A stretch of DNA of 64,000 nucleotides from NCBI GenBank assembly GCA_965230925.1, contig OZ246403.1, positions 394,455-458,454 on the forward strand, given 5' to 3'. Every line of letters begins with the position of its first letter. Positions within the stretch are counted from its first letter, which is position 1. The DNA is from an uncultured Candidatus Saccharibacteria bacterium. GTDB taxonomy: Bacteria; Patescibacteriota; Minisyncoccia; Phycocordibacterales; JACOZG01. The notes under the pieces were generated by a model. The model saw only the letters and a list, made by a program, of their open reading frames with translations. It was not told the DNA's origin and did not search any database. Positions 18,380 to 27,659 of the stretch are shown here, in pieces. The translations under genes and the position numbers were made by a program.

Positions 18380-19927
18380 ATGAATCAACAGACAAGATCC
18401 GATCGCGTGGAAGTCGCGGCGCTTGCTCTGCTTGTTCTTTTTGGTATCTCACTGCTCGCCAATAATCATTGGGATGGAAGCGTGCCGGGAACTCAAACCG
18501 CGCGCAGTAAGCCACCGGCGTTGGTGGTTCCAGTCATAACACCTGAAGTTTCTCTTCAGCCCAGCGAAGCTCTTCCTCAAGTCCACACTTACTACGTGAG
18601 CCCCGCCGGTAATGACGCCAACAACGGTTCTCTCGCCGCGCCTTGGCGGACAATTCAAAAAGCGGCCAATGTGGTTAACCCTGGCGACACGGTATATGTG
18701 CGCGCTGGTGTTTACGGTCCTTACAATAATGGCAATGACGTCGCCGTCTTTACTCGTTCTGGAACCGCGAGCGCCCCGATTACCTTCAAGAATTATCCGG
18801 GTGAAGCTCCGGTAATTGAAACCATGGTAAACGGCGCCCGGAAAGAACGCGGCTTTTATATCAACCAAGCTGCCCACCTCATTATTAGTGGCTTCGAAAT
18901 CCGCGGGGCTAAGCGCGCCGGAATTAGAATTACCGGCGGCGACTTCGTGACGATCGAAGATAATAAGGTTCACGATATCCGCGACACCGCGAGCGTCAAC
19001 ACCGTCGTCGGTGGCATTATGGTGCTCAATGATTTTTCTCGGGCCAATATTATCCGGCGAAACGAGGTTTACGATACCAGCCGCGGTATTATTGTCCGCA
19101 ATGAAGGCGGGGTACCTATTGAGGGAGCGGTGGTAGAGAAAAATTATATCCACGACACTCATTGGTGGAATGCGAGCAATGTTTATGACGATAAAAATGC
19201 CGATGGTGTGGTCTGCAATACCACCGTTGGAATGATTGTACGGCAGAATGTAATTACTCACTCGGGTGATGACGGTATTGATTGTTACGATTCCGACGCG
19301 GCCATTATTGAGCAAAACACTGTTTTCAACTCTGGGGACATTCTCTCCGGCTCACCAGCGGGGGCAAACGGTGATGGGAATGGAATTAAAGTTTCTACCG
19401 GCGGTGGTGGTGGGCACTTAATTACTCGCAACATCGCCTTCAATAATGAACGTGCCGGCTTTGACCAAGATCATGTGGAAGCGGCAGCTCCGGGCAACAC
19501 CTATTATCACAATGTGAGTTACGGCAATGGTCGCAACGGCTTCCTCCTCGAGCGTACTTCAGCCACACCCAATGTTCTCCGCAACAATATCGCCTTCGGC
19601 AATAATCAAGATAACGGCAATTACACGGATATTAGAATTTCCAATAGCATCTCAACTGTTCAACTTGATAGCAATTTTAACCTCTGGTCAGACGGCGCGA
19701 TGCCAAGCGGGCCGGGCGGCAGTGAAGGATCAAGCTCTATCAGCGGAAATCCGCTCTTTATTAACCCCACCACCCTTGGCATCAATTTAAATATGAATAG
19801 TCCGCAATTCGGCTTCGTCCCTGGTTTCAAATTACAAAATAATTCCCCGGCGGTAGACGCTGGGGTAATTATCGAGAGTCACCATCTCGGCGGTAGTGCC
19901 GATATGGGAGCGTACGAGAGTTTCTAA
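18380..19927 (+). CDS. Secreted right-handed parallel beta-helix repeat protein (pectate-lyase-like fold)
   Basis: Signal/TM at the N-terminus; repeated ..N.I.....G/ NNIAFGN / RNNIAFGNNQ PbH1-type turns. Confidence 0.55.
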   Translation: MNQQTRSDRVEVAALALLVLFGISLLANNHWDGSVPGTQTARSKPPALVVPVITPEVSLQPSEALPQVHTYYVSPAGNDANNGSLAAPWRTIQKAANVVNPGDTVYVRAGVYGPYNNGNDVAVFTRSGTASAPITFKNYPGEAPVIETMVNGARKERGFYINQAAHLIISGFEIRGAKRAGIRITGGDFVTIEDNKVHDIRDTASVNTVVGGIMVLNDFSRANIIRRNEVYDTSRGIIVRNEGGVPIEGAVVEKNYIHDTHWWNASNVYDDKNADGVVCNTTVGMIVRQNVITHSGDDGIDCYDSDAAIIEQNTVFNSGDILSGSPAGANGDGNGIKVSTGGGGGHLITRNIAFNNERAGFDQDHVEAAAPGNTYYHNVSYGNGRNGFLLERTSATPNVLRNNIAFGNNQDNGNYTDIRISNSISTVQLDSNFNLWSDGAMPSGPGGSEGSSSISGNPLFINPTTLGINLNMNSPQFGFVPGFKLQNNSPAVDAGVIIESHHLGGSADMGAYESF

Positions 19928-20179
19928 TTACTTACTCGAAGTAGGTTTGGCGATAAGTGAGGCAAGGCGGGACTTCTTGCGGGCGGCGTTGCCGGGCTTA
20001 ATGACCCCGCGCTTGGCGGCCTTGTCGATGGCTTGGTAAGCACCAGGCAAGAGCTTGGCTGATGGCGCCTTCACGAACTCTTTGATCGCATCCTTCATTG
20101 CTCGATCGCGGCGCAGGTTAAACACACGCTTATTGGCGGCAGCGCGGAGAGCCTTCTTGGCTGATTTCGTAATTGGCAT
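19928..20179 (-). CDS. rpsT: 30S ribosomal protein S20
   Basis: MPITKSAKKALRAAANKRVFNLRRDRAMKDAIK. ATG at 20179; the ORF-track start is upstream read-through. Confidence 0.85.
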   Translation of the reverse strand: MPITKSAKKALRAAANKRVFNLRRDRAMKDAIKEFVKAPSAKLLPGAYQAIDKAAKRGVIKPGNAARKKSRLASLIAKPTSSK

Positions 20180-20239
20180 AAGTGGCGCCAGATTAACACT
20201 GGGGCTTAAAAAAGGCAAGAAAAGTGCTACACTGGCCTC

Positions 20240-20830
20240 ATGATCGGCCTCATTAAGGGTGAAGTGGTGGAGAAAACGGAACGGGCTTTGCTACTCGATA
20301 CAGCCTCGCCCCAACAGGGGGGTGGTTTGGGTTACGAGGTCAATGTGTTACCGGGCACGAGAAATACGGCTAAGCTCGGCGAGACTTTAAGCCTCTTTGC
20401 TTATCTCGCCGTGCGCGAGGATGCGCTGGAGCTCTATGGCTTCGCCGATAAAAGAGAATTAGAATTTTTTAAACTACTCATCTCGATCTCGGGCATTGGG
20501 CCAAAAGGTGCGATCGCGGTACTAGCGATCGCACCCCCAGACACGCTCGAGAAAGCCGTGCGCTCGGGCGACACCAATTACCTCACCCGCGTCTCGGGTA
20601 TTGGCAAGAAGCGCGCGGAGAAAATTGTGCTGGAGCTCAAAGATAAGCTCGGGAGCCTCGAGACCGGTGCCGCTGATCACAATCTCCAAGGCGAAGCCGA
20701 CGCCCTCGAAGCCCTGCAATCGCTCGGCTACTCCCTCCCCGAAGCCCGCGAAGCGCTCAAGAAAGTCTCCCCCGACATCACCGACACGAGTGAGAAAGTG
20801 AAGGCGGCGCTGAAGGTGTTGGGAAAATAA
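20240..20830 (+). CDS. ruvA: Holliday junction DNA helicase RuvA
   Basis: MIGLIKGEV N-terminal OB domain, HhH motifs ISGIGPKGA / VSGIGKKRAEKIV, C-terminal domain III. Confidence 0.9.
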   Translation: MIGLIKGEVVEKTERALLLDTASPQQGGGLGYEVNVLPGTRNTAKLGETLSLFAYLAVREDALELYGFADKRELEFFKLLISISGIGPKGAIAVLAIAPPDTLEKAVRSGDTNYLTRVSGIGKKRAEKIVLELKDKLGSLETGAADHNLQGEADALEALQSLGYSLPEAREALKKVSPDITDTSEKVKAALKVLGK

Positions 20831-20848
20831 ATCACACCACCCCCCAAC

Positions 20849-20869
20849 CCCCTCCTCCCCAAGGAGGGG
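20849..20869 (+). terminator. GC hairpin after ruvA, with no U-tract (weak or non-canonical terminator)
   Basis: CCCCTCC-tccccaa-GGAGGGG; not followed by a T-run. Confidence 0.25.
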
Positions 20870-21185
20870 TGCCGATAGGCGGGGTGGTAGAAACAAAAAA
20901 GAGCGGATAATCTGCCGAAGCAAATCCACCCGCCCCCACACCGTGCCTTAGCTGTTCGTCTTTTCACGATCAACCAAGGAACTAAAACATTGGCGACAAA
21001 GATCGTGGTCCTTATCGGCCCGGCGCCATCCGGGACGAGACCGTGGTCCACGAAATTCTACCCGAATCTCGCGCCCACATTCACAATACCGTTTAATTTG
21101 CTATCACCCCCTTTCCACTTAATTAGAGCACCTTTTGCAAACCAGGGCAATGCTCATCTAGATTATCTATTAATTCCAGAGTAAG

Positions 21186-22451
21186 ATGGCATTAATGCTG
21201 GAGAAAATTTTGGATCTTGGGCGGAAGATTATTCCGCGGTCGGTGTTTGCGGCGCTGCAGCCGATTTATCATTATAAGCTCGCGTTCATTGGCGCGGTGG
21301 TTTATGGCTTCCCAGCGCGGAAGATTAAGGTCGTGTTTGTAACCGGGACGAAGGGCAAAACATCGGTGTGTGAGATGGTTAATGCCGTGCTCGAAGCAAG
21401 CGGGAACAAAACCGCTTTAGCTTCCACGCTCCGCCTCAAGGTTGGCGAGGTAAGCGAGCCCAATAAATTTAAGATGACGATTCGCGGGCGGTTCTTCGTG
21501 CAACGCTTCCTCCGCCGCGCGGTAAATGCCGGCTGCGACTGGGCAATTATCGAGATGACGAGCGAAGGCGCCAAGCAATATCGCCACAAGTTTATTGCGC
21601 CCGAGGCCTTCATCTTCACCAATCTCGCGCCCGAGCATATTGAGTCTCATGGCTCGTATGAGAAGTACCGCGCGGCGAAACTCTCAATCGCGGAAAGTTT
21701 GAAGGATGTGATGATTATTAACAGCGATGACACCGAAGCGGGGAAGTTTTTGGCTTTACCGGCGAAAAGAAAATTAACTTACCGACTCAAAGATGCGCAG
21801 CCGTACCAAGCCACCGATCACGGGATTGAATTTACTTGGCGAGGGCAAAAGTTCCATTCCCCACTCGTCGGTGAGTTTAATCTCGCCAACTGGCTGGCGG
21901 CGCTCGCCTTCGGCGAGAGTCAGAATATTTCGCTGGAGAAAATTAAAGTGGCCGTGGAGAAATTAGATTTAATTAAAGGCCGCGTCGAGAGAATCAAGGC
22001 AATTTCGCCAGCTGGCGAATTCGAAGTCGTCGTAGATTACGCTCACACACCGGACTCGCTCCGCGCGATTTATGGCGCCTTCTCGGGTCGCGGCAAGGTC
22101 TGCGTCCTCGGCAATACCGGCGGCGGGCGCGATAAATGGAAGCGACCCTTGATGGGTCAAATTGCCGCCGAACATTGCCGGCAAATTATTCTTACTGACG
22201 AAGATCCCTATGATGAAGATCCAAAAACTATTCTCGATGAAATGACCCCTCCACTCCGGTCGGGGCAAGTGGCGTGGGAAATCGAACTCGACCGCCGCAC
22301 GGCGATTAGGAAAGCGATTAAAGCAGCGAAGCCTGGCGAAGTGGTAATCATCACCGGCAAAGGCACCGACCCCTACATCATGGGCCCAAATGGCAAAAAA
22401 ACCCCCTGGTCGGATGCGGAAGTGGTGCGGGAGGAACTCGGTTCTATTTAA
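21186..22451 (+). CDS. Mur ligase family protein (MurE/Mpl-like)
   Basis: ATP-binding VFVTGTKGKTSV, middle and C-terminal Mur ligase domains; 421 aa. Confidence 0.7.
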   Translation: MALMLEKILDLGRKIIPRSVFAALQPIYHYKLAFIGAVVYGFPARKIKVVFVTGTKGKTSVCEMVNAVLEASGNKTALASTLRLKVGEVSEPNKFKMTIRGRFFVQRFLRRAVNAGCDWAIIEMTSEGAKQYRHKFIAPEAFIFTNLAPEHIESHGSYEKYRAAKLSIAESLKDVMIINSDDTEAGKFLALPAKRKLTYRLKDAQPYQATDHGIEFTWRGQKFHSPLVGEFNLANWLAALAFGESQNISLEKIKVAVEKLDLIKGRVERIKAISPAGEFEVVVDYAHTPDSLRAIYGAFSGRGKVCVLGNTGGGRDKWKRPLMGQIAAEHCRQIILTDEDPYDEDPKTILDEMTPPLRSGQVAWEIELDRRTAIRKAIKAAKPGEVVIITGKGTDPYIMGPNGKKTPWSDAEVVREELGSI

Positions 22452-22773
22452 TTTCTATCCGCACCGCGTGGTAAGTCTTAGTCGAATCAAGGTTTTCTAC
22501 TGCATGCAAACCTTCTGGTTCTAGCCACTCGATGAAGGGCTTTTCTTTACTCTCCTTCCTCTCCGGATACTCCACGCCTACACCGTCCTCACCGTAATAT
22601 TTAATTCGAGTAGAAGAATCGATCATCATCACACTTGATCGTTCGTGCGTATGCATCGGCTCCTTCTGACCGGGCAGAATTATTACCTCAAGCACCCGCA
22701 CCTTGTCGTTCTCAAATAAGACTTTATGAGAATTTGGGGCAGCTATCACCGCATCTGTTTCATTGGTTTTCAT
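22444..22773 (-). CDS. Cupin-domain protein
   Basis: Cupin motif-1-like G(X)5HXH(X)3,4E in PGQKEPMHTHERSSV. Confidence 0.5.
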   Translation of the reverse strand: MKTNETDAVIAAPNSHKVLFENDKVRVLEVIILPGQKEPMHTHERSSVMMIDSSTRIKYYGEDGVGVEYPERKESKEKPFIEWLEPEGLHAVENLDSTKTYHAVRIEIK

Positions 22774-22856
22774 ATTTTACTGGTAACTATAAAACGGTGG
22801 TGATTTTTAGCAAGGCGGCTTGCAATTTTGCCCTTTAAACCCTAACGTAAACGATC

Positions 22857-23708
22857 ATGCCCGAATTGCCTGAAGTGGAGACGCTGAAGCGGGAACTTTC
22901 GCGGAAGATTATTGGCCAAGAGATTAGTCGCGTGGAAGTGCTGCATCCCAAGATTATTGCCCCCCTTTCCCCCGCCAAAATCAATCGAGAATTAAAGGGC
23001 GAAAAAATTGGGAAGATAGAACGGCGGGCCAAAATTCTGATAATTACTCTTGTTGGTAAAAAAATTATTCTCATTCACCTCAAGATGACAGGGCAACTGA
23101 TCTTCGTAGACGAGAAAAATAATTTAACCATGGGTGGTCATCCGCAAAAGGAACCTTTTACGCACACGCGCCTCATTCTTCATTTCCAAGGCGGGAGTAA
23201 GTTACTCTTCAATGACTTGCGTAAATTTGGCTGGTTCCGACTCTCTCACCCCGACCATTTGGCCGAATTAACTAAGAAAATTGGCCCCGAGCCACTCTTG
23301 AAAAATTTTACGCTTGAGTATTTTCAAACACTTTTTACACGATATCCCAAGCGCAAACTCAAACAACTTTTGCTCGATCAACATCTCATCGCGGGACTCG
23401 GGAATATCTACGTGGACGAGAGTTGCTTCGGCGCCAAGGTGCTCCCCACACGCCTCGCCGGTTCGCTCAAGCCGAGCGAAATTAAAAAACTACATCAAGA
23501 AATTATTCGCATCCTTGCTCTCTCCATTAAGCATGGCGGCACATCCGCGCGCAATTATCGCCGCTCGGATGGCTCGCGCGGCAATTTCTTCAAGCACTTA
23601 CGGGTCTATGGTCGCGGTGGCGAGCAATGTTTGCGTTGTGATGATACTATTGTGAAAATAAAACTTAATGGCCGAGGAACTCATTTCTGCAATCAATGCC
23701 AAATTTAA
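22857..23708 (+). CDS. mutM: Formamidopyrimidine-DNA glycosylase
   Basis: N-terminal MPELPEVE (catalytic Pro2/Glu3), H2TH domain, C-terminal zinc finger CLRC...CNQC. Confidence 0.9.
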   Translation: MPELPEVETLKRELSRKIIGQEISRVEVLHPKIIAPLSPAKINRELKGEKIGKIERRAKILIITLVGKKIILIHLKMTGQLIFVDEKNNLTMGGHPQKEPFTHTRLILHFQGGSKLLFNDLRKFGWFRLSHPDHLAELTKKIGPEPLLKNFTLEYFQTLFTRYPKRKLKQLLLDQHLIAGLGNIYVDESCFGAKVLPTRLAGSLKPSEIKKLHQEIIRILALSIKHGGTSARNYRRSDGSRGNFFKHLRVYGRGGEQCLRCDDTIVKIKLNGRGTHFCNQCQI

Positions 23709-24271
23709 ATCTCAATTACGAAACACGCTTCCTCATTCTCGGGGTGTTTATCCTCGTTTTAATTGGCTTGGCATCAGGACCGGCGAAGACTCTCAACCCA
23801 GTGCAAGCGATAAAAAACGCCGTCAACGAAGTCGCCCAACCCGAGAAATTCATGGGAGTAAAACACTTTCACCTCGGCGAGATCAACGAGTCCGCAGAAA
23901 TAACTTTAGCGAAAAACGAGAAAATCATCCGCTCTTCCGGCTCTTCCCCGCTCGGCGTAAACTTCCAAGTTAATAAGTGCAGCGGTTATCTCAATCAATT
24001 CTTAGCCTTCGAACCGCCACTCGCTCCGCCAGCTGGCGGATGCCCCAAACCCGATCTCACTGCCCTCAATCCCGAGTTACCGGCCAATCAAGAATGCCTT
24101 AACTTTATTAAGACAGTCCCCACCTGCTCCACGCCGCTCCAATTCCCCGCCAATTTATCTGCCAATTGCCAAAATTTTATTAAAGAAGAATTTAATTACA
24201 ATGCCTGCTTTGATGCCAATAAGAACAACATTGATTTCTTATTGCCCGAATGGCGAGTTTACGCTGATTAA
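23696..24271 (+). CDS. Membrane-anchored Cys-rich extracytoplasmic hypothetical protein
   Basis: N-terminal TM (FLILGVFILVLIGL), multiple Cys pairs in the ectodomain. Confidence 0.4.
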   Translation: MPNLNLNYETRFLILGVFILVLIGLASGPAKTLNPVQAIKNAVNEVAQPEKFMGVKHFHLGEINESAEITLAKNEKIIRSSGSSPLGVNFQVNKCSGYLNQFLAFEPPLAPPAGGCPKPDLTALNPELPANQECLNFIKTVPTCSTPLQFPANLSANCQNFIKEEFNYNACFDANKNNIDFLLPEWRVYAD

Positions 24272-24747
24272 ATTCCAAGCAACCTAAACACCGCAATCCC
24301 TGCCGCCGTGGCCACATTAAGCGATTCTTTCTGGCCGCGGAGCGGGATTTCGATAATCGCGTCGCAGAGTTTGAGCACTTTTTGATCTAAGCCATCAGCT
24401 TCATTCCCGAGCACGAGCGCAGTTGAGCCGATTAATTTGAACTTTTTATAATCTATCGAATTCTTGGCCTGCTCCAACGCCACTGTTTTTATTCCTTCAC
24501 TCTTTAATTTTTTTACTAAACTAGAAAAGCTTCTCACTTTTTGCCACTTCACGAGCTGTTCTGCCCCGAGCGCCGTCTTGGCAATTTCTTTATTCGCCTT
24601 ACCAAATTCATCCACCGGCGCCGGCGTATAACCCGTTAAAAAGATCTTTTTAATTACCGCCCCCTCGGCCGTGCGGAAAATCGCGCCCACATTATGCGCG
24701 CTTCTTAAGTTATGGAGAATCAAACTAAGTTCGGCTCTTTTCAACAA
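24268..24747 (-). CDS. SpoU/TrmH-family RNA 2'-O-methyltransferase
   Basis: LHNLRSAHNVGAIFRTAEGA and the C-terminal SPOUT knot motif (IPLRGQKESLNVATAAGIA). The ORF-track N-terminus translates tRNA-Lys; the likely start is TTG at 24747. Confidence 0.75.
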   Translation of the reverse strand: MLKRAELSLILHNLRSAHNVGAIFRTAEGAVIKKIFLTGYTPAPVDEFGKANKEIAKTALGAEQLVKWQKVRSFSSLVKKLKSEGIKTVALEQAKNSIDYKKFKLIGSTALVLGNEADGLDQKVLKLCDAIIEIPLRGQKESLNVATAAGIAVFRLLGI

Positions 24748-24749
24748 AG

Positions 24750-24822
24750 TCCGCCCGGGGGGAATCGAACCCTCGACCGTCTGCTTAAAAGGCAGCTGCT
24801 CTACCAACTGAGCTACGGGCGG
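24750..24822 (-). tRNA. tRNA-Lys (anticodon TTT)
   Basis: Acceptor CCGCCCG/CGGGCGG, D-arm GCTC-AGTTGGTA-GAGC, anticodon loop CTTTTAA, T-loop GGTTCGATTCC. Confidence 0.8.
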
Positions 24823-24843
24823 ATAATACCAATAGTTTACACA

Positions 24844-25494
24844 CTACAAGGCGAGAATCAATTTTTCGAGTCCGATCTCTAAATCTTTTTCGCCACGGCG
24901 GAAGGCGTGGAAAATTTCGACCAGGTCGCGGGATAAACTTTTTAATTCTTCCGTTTCGAAATTCTTGGCCGCAGCTTCAGCCTTACTCGCGACGAAGGGA
25001 TTCAAGGTTTTCAGATTTTCTGGCCCCGCTTTCACCAAGAGCAAATTCTTAATTTGCCATTGGAACTTCCAAAAAATTTCTTCGGCTGGGAGCCCAGTCA
25101 TCAGCGCTTTCTCATACGTCACCCAAAGCTTTTTCCGATCTCGCGCGCCGAGTGCGTCACTTAAAGCAAACACATTGAAGCTCGGTTTACTCACCGCTGG
25201 CTTCGCCTCTTTCACCGTGCCGCCAAATTTAATAACTTTTTTATTTAAAGCTGCGGCGAGTTCTTCTTCTGTCAAAACAAACTTTGTATCCGACTCAACC
25301 AGCCGCGTCAAAAGTTCTTCAATCTCAACTTCAAAATTGGCAATTAGATCTTCACCTTGTACCACAAGCTTCTCGCCGAAAAGTGAATTGCCGTCAATTA
25401 GTTCTTCAAGTTGCGCGCGTGAGAAGTTCTCGCGATTCAATCTCGCAGTATATTCCTGTGCTTTCGGTCTCGTCTTAACGTAAATTTCTAACAT
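24844..25494 (-). CDS. Hypothetical protein
   Basis: 216 aa, no TM, no recognised catalytic motif. Confidence 0.35.
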   Translation of the reverse strand: MLEIYVKTRPKAQEYTARLNRENFSRAQLEELIDGNSLFGEKLVVQGEDLIANFEVEIEELLTRLVESDTKFVLTEEELAAALNKKVIKFGGTVKEAKPAVSKPSFNVFALSDALGARDRKKLWVTYEKALMTGLPAEEIFWKFQWQIKNLLLVKAGPENLKTLNPFVASKAEAAAKNFETEELKSLSRDLVEIFHAFRRGEKDLEIGLEKLILAL

Positions 25495-26289
25495 TTAAAT
25501 ATCAAGTATCACGCCCACCGGCGCATGATCCGAGCCCATTACTTCGTCCCAGATGAAAGCCTTTTTCACCTTCTCCTTCAAATTCTCGCTGACCCAAAAC
25601 TGATCTATCCGCCAGCCCACATTGCGATCGCGCGCATGTGTTTTCTGATCCCACCAACTATATTGCACCTTCTCCGGATGCAAAAGTCGAAAACTATCAA
25701 TGAAACCGGCCGCCGCAAACTTGTCGAGCCACGCACGTTCAATCGGCATGAAGCCGGATTTCTTCTCATTCTCCTTCGGCCGCGCGAGGTCAATCGGGAA
25801 ATGCGCCGTGTTTACATCGCCGCCAAAAATTATTTTCTTCCCCTTCTTGAGCAAGGCCTTATTGTACTCTAGGAATTCATTATAAAATTTGAGCTTATAA
25901 TTGAGCCGTTCCTCACCCGAGCCGCCATTGGGAAAATAGATGTTTTGATAAATAAAATCGCCGAAGTCGAGCTCGATCATCCGCCCCTCGCGTGTGAGAA
26001 TGCTCGCGTAACCAGACACGGGATTATCGCCAAAATCTTTGGTAAATTTCTTCGGCTTCTCTTTAGTATAAACACCCACGCCGCTGTAACCCTTCTTCTC
26101 TTTCTCAAGATCCCAATAGGCCGTGTAGCCCTCGGGCTCGGTCAGCGCTTGGCTCAAACGCGTGTGATCATCAATCTTCACCTCCTGAATCCCCACCACA
26201 TCGGCTTTACTCTTCGCCAACCACTCTAAAAAACCTTTCTTCTCCGCCGCCCGGATGCCATTCACGTTCCAAGAGATAAACGTTTTCAT
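25495..26289 (-). CDS. xth: Exodeoxyribonuclease III
   Basis: MKTFISWNVNGIRA...ExoIII/APE1 EEP family motifs (QE..., SDHAPV at the C-terminus). Confidence 0.9.
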   Translation of the reverse strand: MKTFISWNVNGIRAAEKKGFLEWLAKSKADVVGIQEVKIDDHTRLSQALTEPEGYTAYWDLEKEKKGYSGVGVYTKEKPKKFTKDFGDNPVSGYASILTREGRMIELDFGDFIYQNIYFPNGGSGEERLNYKLKFYNEFLEYNKALLKKGKKIIFGGDVNTAHFPIDLARPKENEKKSGFMPIERAWLDKFAAAGFIDSFRLLHPEKVQYSWWDQKTHARDRNVGWRIDQFWVSENLKEKVKKAFIWDEVMGSDHAPVGVILDI

Positions 26290-26361
26290 CAGTCGGATTC
26301 TAGCATAAAAGAGAACGCTCCAGCTTTGTGGGCTGGAGCGAACGAGTAAAAATCCAAACTG

Positions 26362-26583
26362 TTACTGAGAAAATAAAGACCGGTCGAGATGAGGGAAGAA
26401 AATACAGACAATGACCATCCCCGCCATCTCCACCAGAATTAACACAATTGCGATTGTCCGAGAAACACGATAAGCCCGTGATTGTAGTAACATGGGAAAA
26501 AATTCTGACAAAATCACTACAACAAAAAGCCCCAACAAAGAACTGCCGAAAAACAAGTTCATCCTTTCTCCTTTCAGTACCAA
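26362..26583 (-). CDS. Small 2-TM membrane protein, hypothetical
   Basis: 73 aa, hydrophobic. Confidence 0.3.
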   Translation of the reverse strand: MVLKGERMNLFFGSSLLGLFVVVILSEFFPMLLQSRAYRVSRTIAIVLILVEMAGMVIVCIFFPHLDRSLFSQ

Positions 26584-26644
26584 ATTAACTTATTGTCCTA
26601 CTGACAAGAAACTAACACTGCTATCCCGCGTGAGTCAAATCAAT

Positions 26645-27085
26645 CTACTTAATCTTGGCTTCAAGGAACCAGAGAATGACGAAAACGAAGAGGGTGAGAA
26701 GCGTGGCCATGAGGGCGAGAATATAGAGCTCGAAGCCGCAAGCAAGGCCAATGCCCGCCGCGACCCAGAGACCGGCAGCCGTGGTGAGACCAGAGAGTTT
26801 GGTGTCTTTAAACACAATTAAGCCCGCGCCGAGGAAACCAATCCCCACCACCACCTGACTCGCAATACGCAGTGGATCAAATTGCACTTGCGAAGCCGCT
26901 GGAGCAAGCCTCGCCACCAAGTCGCCAATGGTTACAAAAAGGGCCGCGCCCAAGCTCACCAAAGCATAAGTGCGGAGACCAGCTCGCTTGCGCGCCACCG
27001 TGCGCTCAAGGCCGAGCAAACTACCGAAGAACATTGCGGCGAGTAGTCGCAAGAAGATGCCGCCATACCAAGCCCATAATTCCAT
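26645..27085 (-). CDS. mgtC: MgtC/SapB-family membrane protein
   Basis: 146 aa, 4 TM, with GLERTVARKRAGLRTYALVSLGAALF typical of MgtC. Confidence 0.75.
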   Translation of the reverse strand: MELWAWYGGIFLRLLAAMFFGSLLGLERTVARKRAGLRTYALVSLGAALFVTIGDLVARLAPAASQVQFDPLRIASQVVVGIGFLGAGLIVFKDTKLSGLTTAAGLWVAAGIGLACGFELYILALMATLLTLFVFVILWFLEAKIK

Positions 27086-27112
27086 GCCAATTATTATAGC
27101 AAAGGAAAATAA

Positions 27113-27577
27113 TTAAAACTCAATCTCCCCGCAAGCGATGGGCACTTTCTTCTCTGCTTCATCTAGCACTTCGAGCTTAATCGCGAGGGGTAAACGATCT
27201 TCGAGAGTAGCAAAAGTGAGCGGTAGGCTGGTGAGCGAAGTATTGTTCTGAACTTTGGCGAGAGGATACGCGACCTTGCCGATGAAGGCGCAAGAACCTT
27301 GGTAAATAGTGGCCTCATAAGAAGAATGTGCCGGCGTAGAAGACGCGGTGACCGGCGCATTGAGATTGAGCTCTAAAGAGAGTTCGCCGCCTAGCTCGTT
27401 GAGCACCACGCGGCCGGTGACGCCAGAGTCGCGTTCGCTATTGAGATTAATGCTCAAGGATCGCGGCACTTCGGTATTGATCAACCCAGGGAGATTGGCC
27501 TCGTCGCGATTGAACCACCAGCGAACACCAAGGCCAATGATCACGAGAGAAATGATAACGATAATCGCGCCTTTCAT
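27113..27577 (-). CDS. Secreted hypothetical protein (possible CHRD-like domain)
   Basis: N-terminal TM/signal; beta-rich; precedes mgtC on the same strand. Confidence 0.4.
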   Translation of the reverse strand: MKGAIIVIISLVIIGLGVRWWFNRDEANLPGLINTEVPRSLSINLNSERDSGVTGRVVLNELGGELSLELNLNAPVTASSTPAHSSYEATIYQGSCAFIGKVAYPLAKVQNNTSLTSLPLTFATLEDRLPLAIKLEVLDEAEKKVPIACGEIEF

Positions 27578-27641
27578 CCCGTTACAAATTTAATAAACAT
27601 AATATTGGTAATAAAATTTTGCATGGTGAATTTGTAACGGG
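27578..27641. repeat. 13-bp perfect inverted repeat (CCCGTTACAAATT / AATTTGTAACGGG) with 38-nt AT-rich spacer
   Basis: Seen directly at 27578-27590 and 27629-27641. It lies between the 3' end of the PD-(D/E)XK gene and the ATG at 27577. The 5'-proximal arm on the minus-strand mRNA (27578-27590) lies immediately upstream of that ATG and contains the Shine-Dalgarno-like GGGA, so pairing with the distal arm (27629-27641) would occlude the RBS. Confidence 0.6.
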
Positions 27642-27659
27642 ATTCATGTTATTAAAAAA

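Noticed and set aside
20849-20869. CCCCTCC/GGAGGGG hairpin after ruvA as a canonical rho-independent terminator
   Set aside because: There is no downstream U-tract on either strand. Kept only as a low-confidence feature.
24751-24807. N-terminal 20 residues of the TrmH ORF as listed in the track (MVEQLPFKQTVEGSIPPGRT)
   Set aside because: This stretch is the translation of tRNA-Lys on the same strand. The real start was moved to TTG at 24747.
27086-27112. Mg2+ riboswitch (M-box) upstream of mgtC
   Set aside because: Only 27 nt separate mgtC from the upstream co-directional gene, which is far too short for an M-box. Any leader regulation would have to come from the inverted repeat at 27578-27641 instead.
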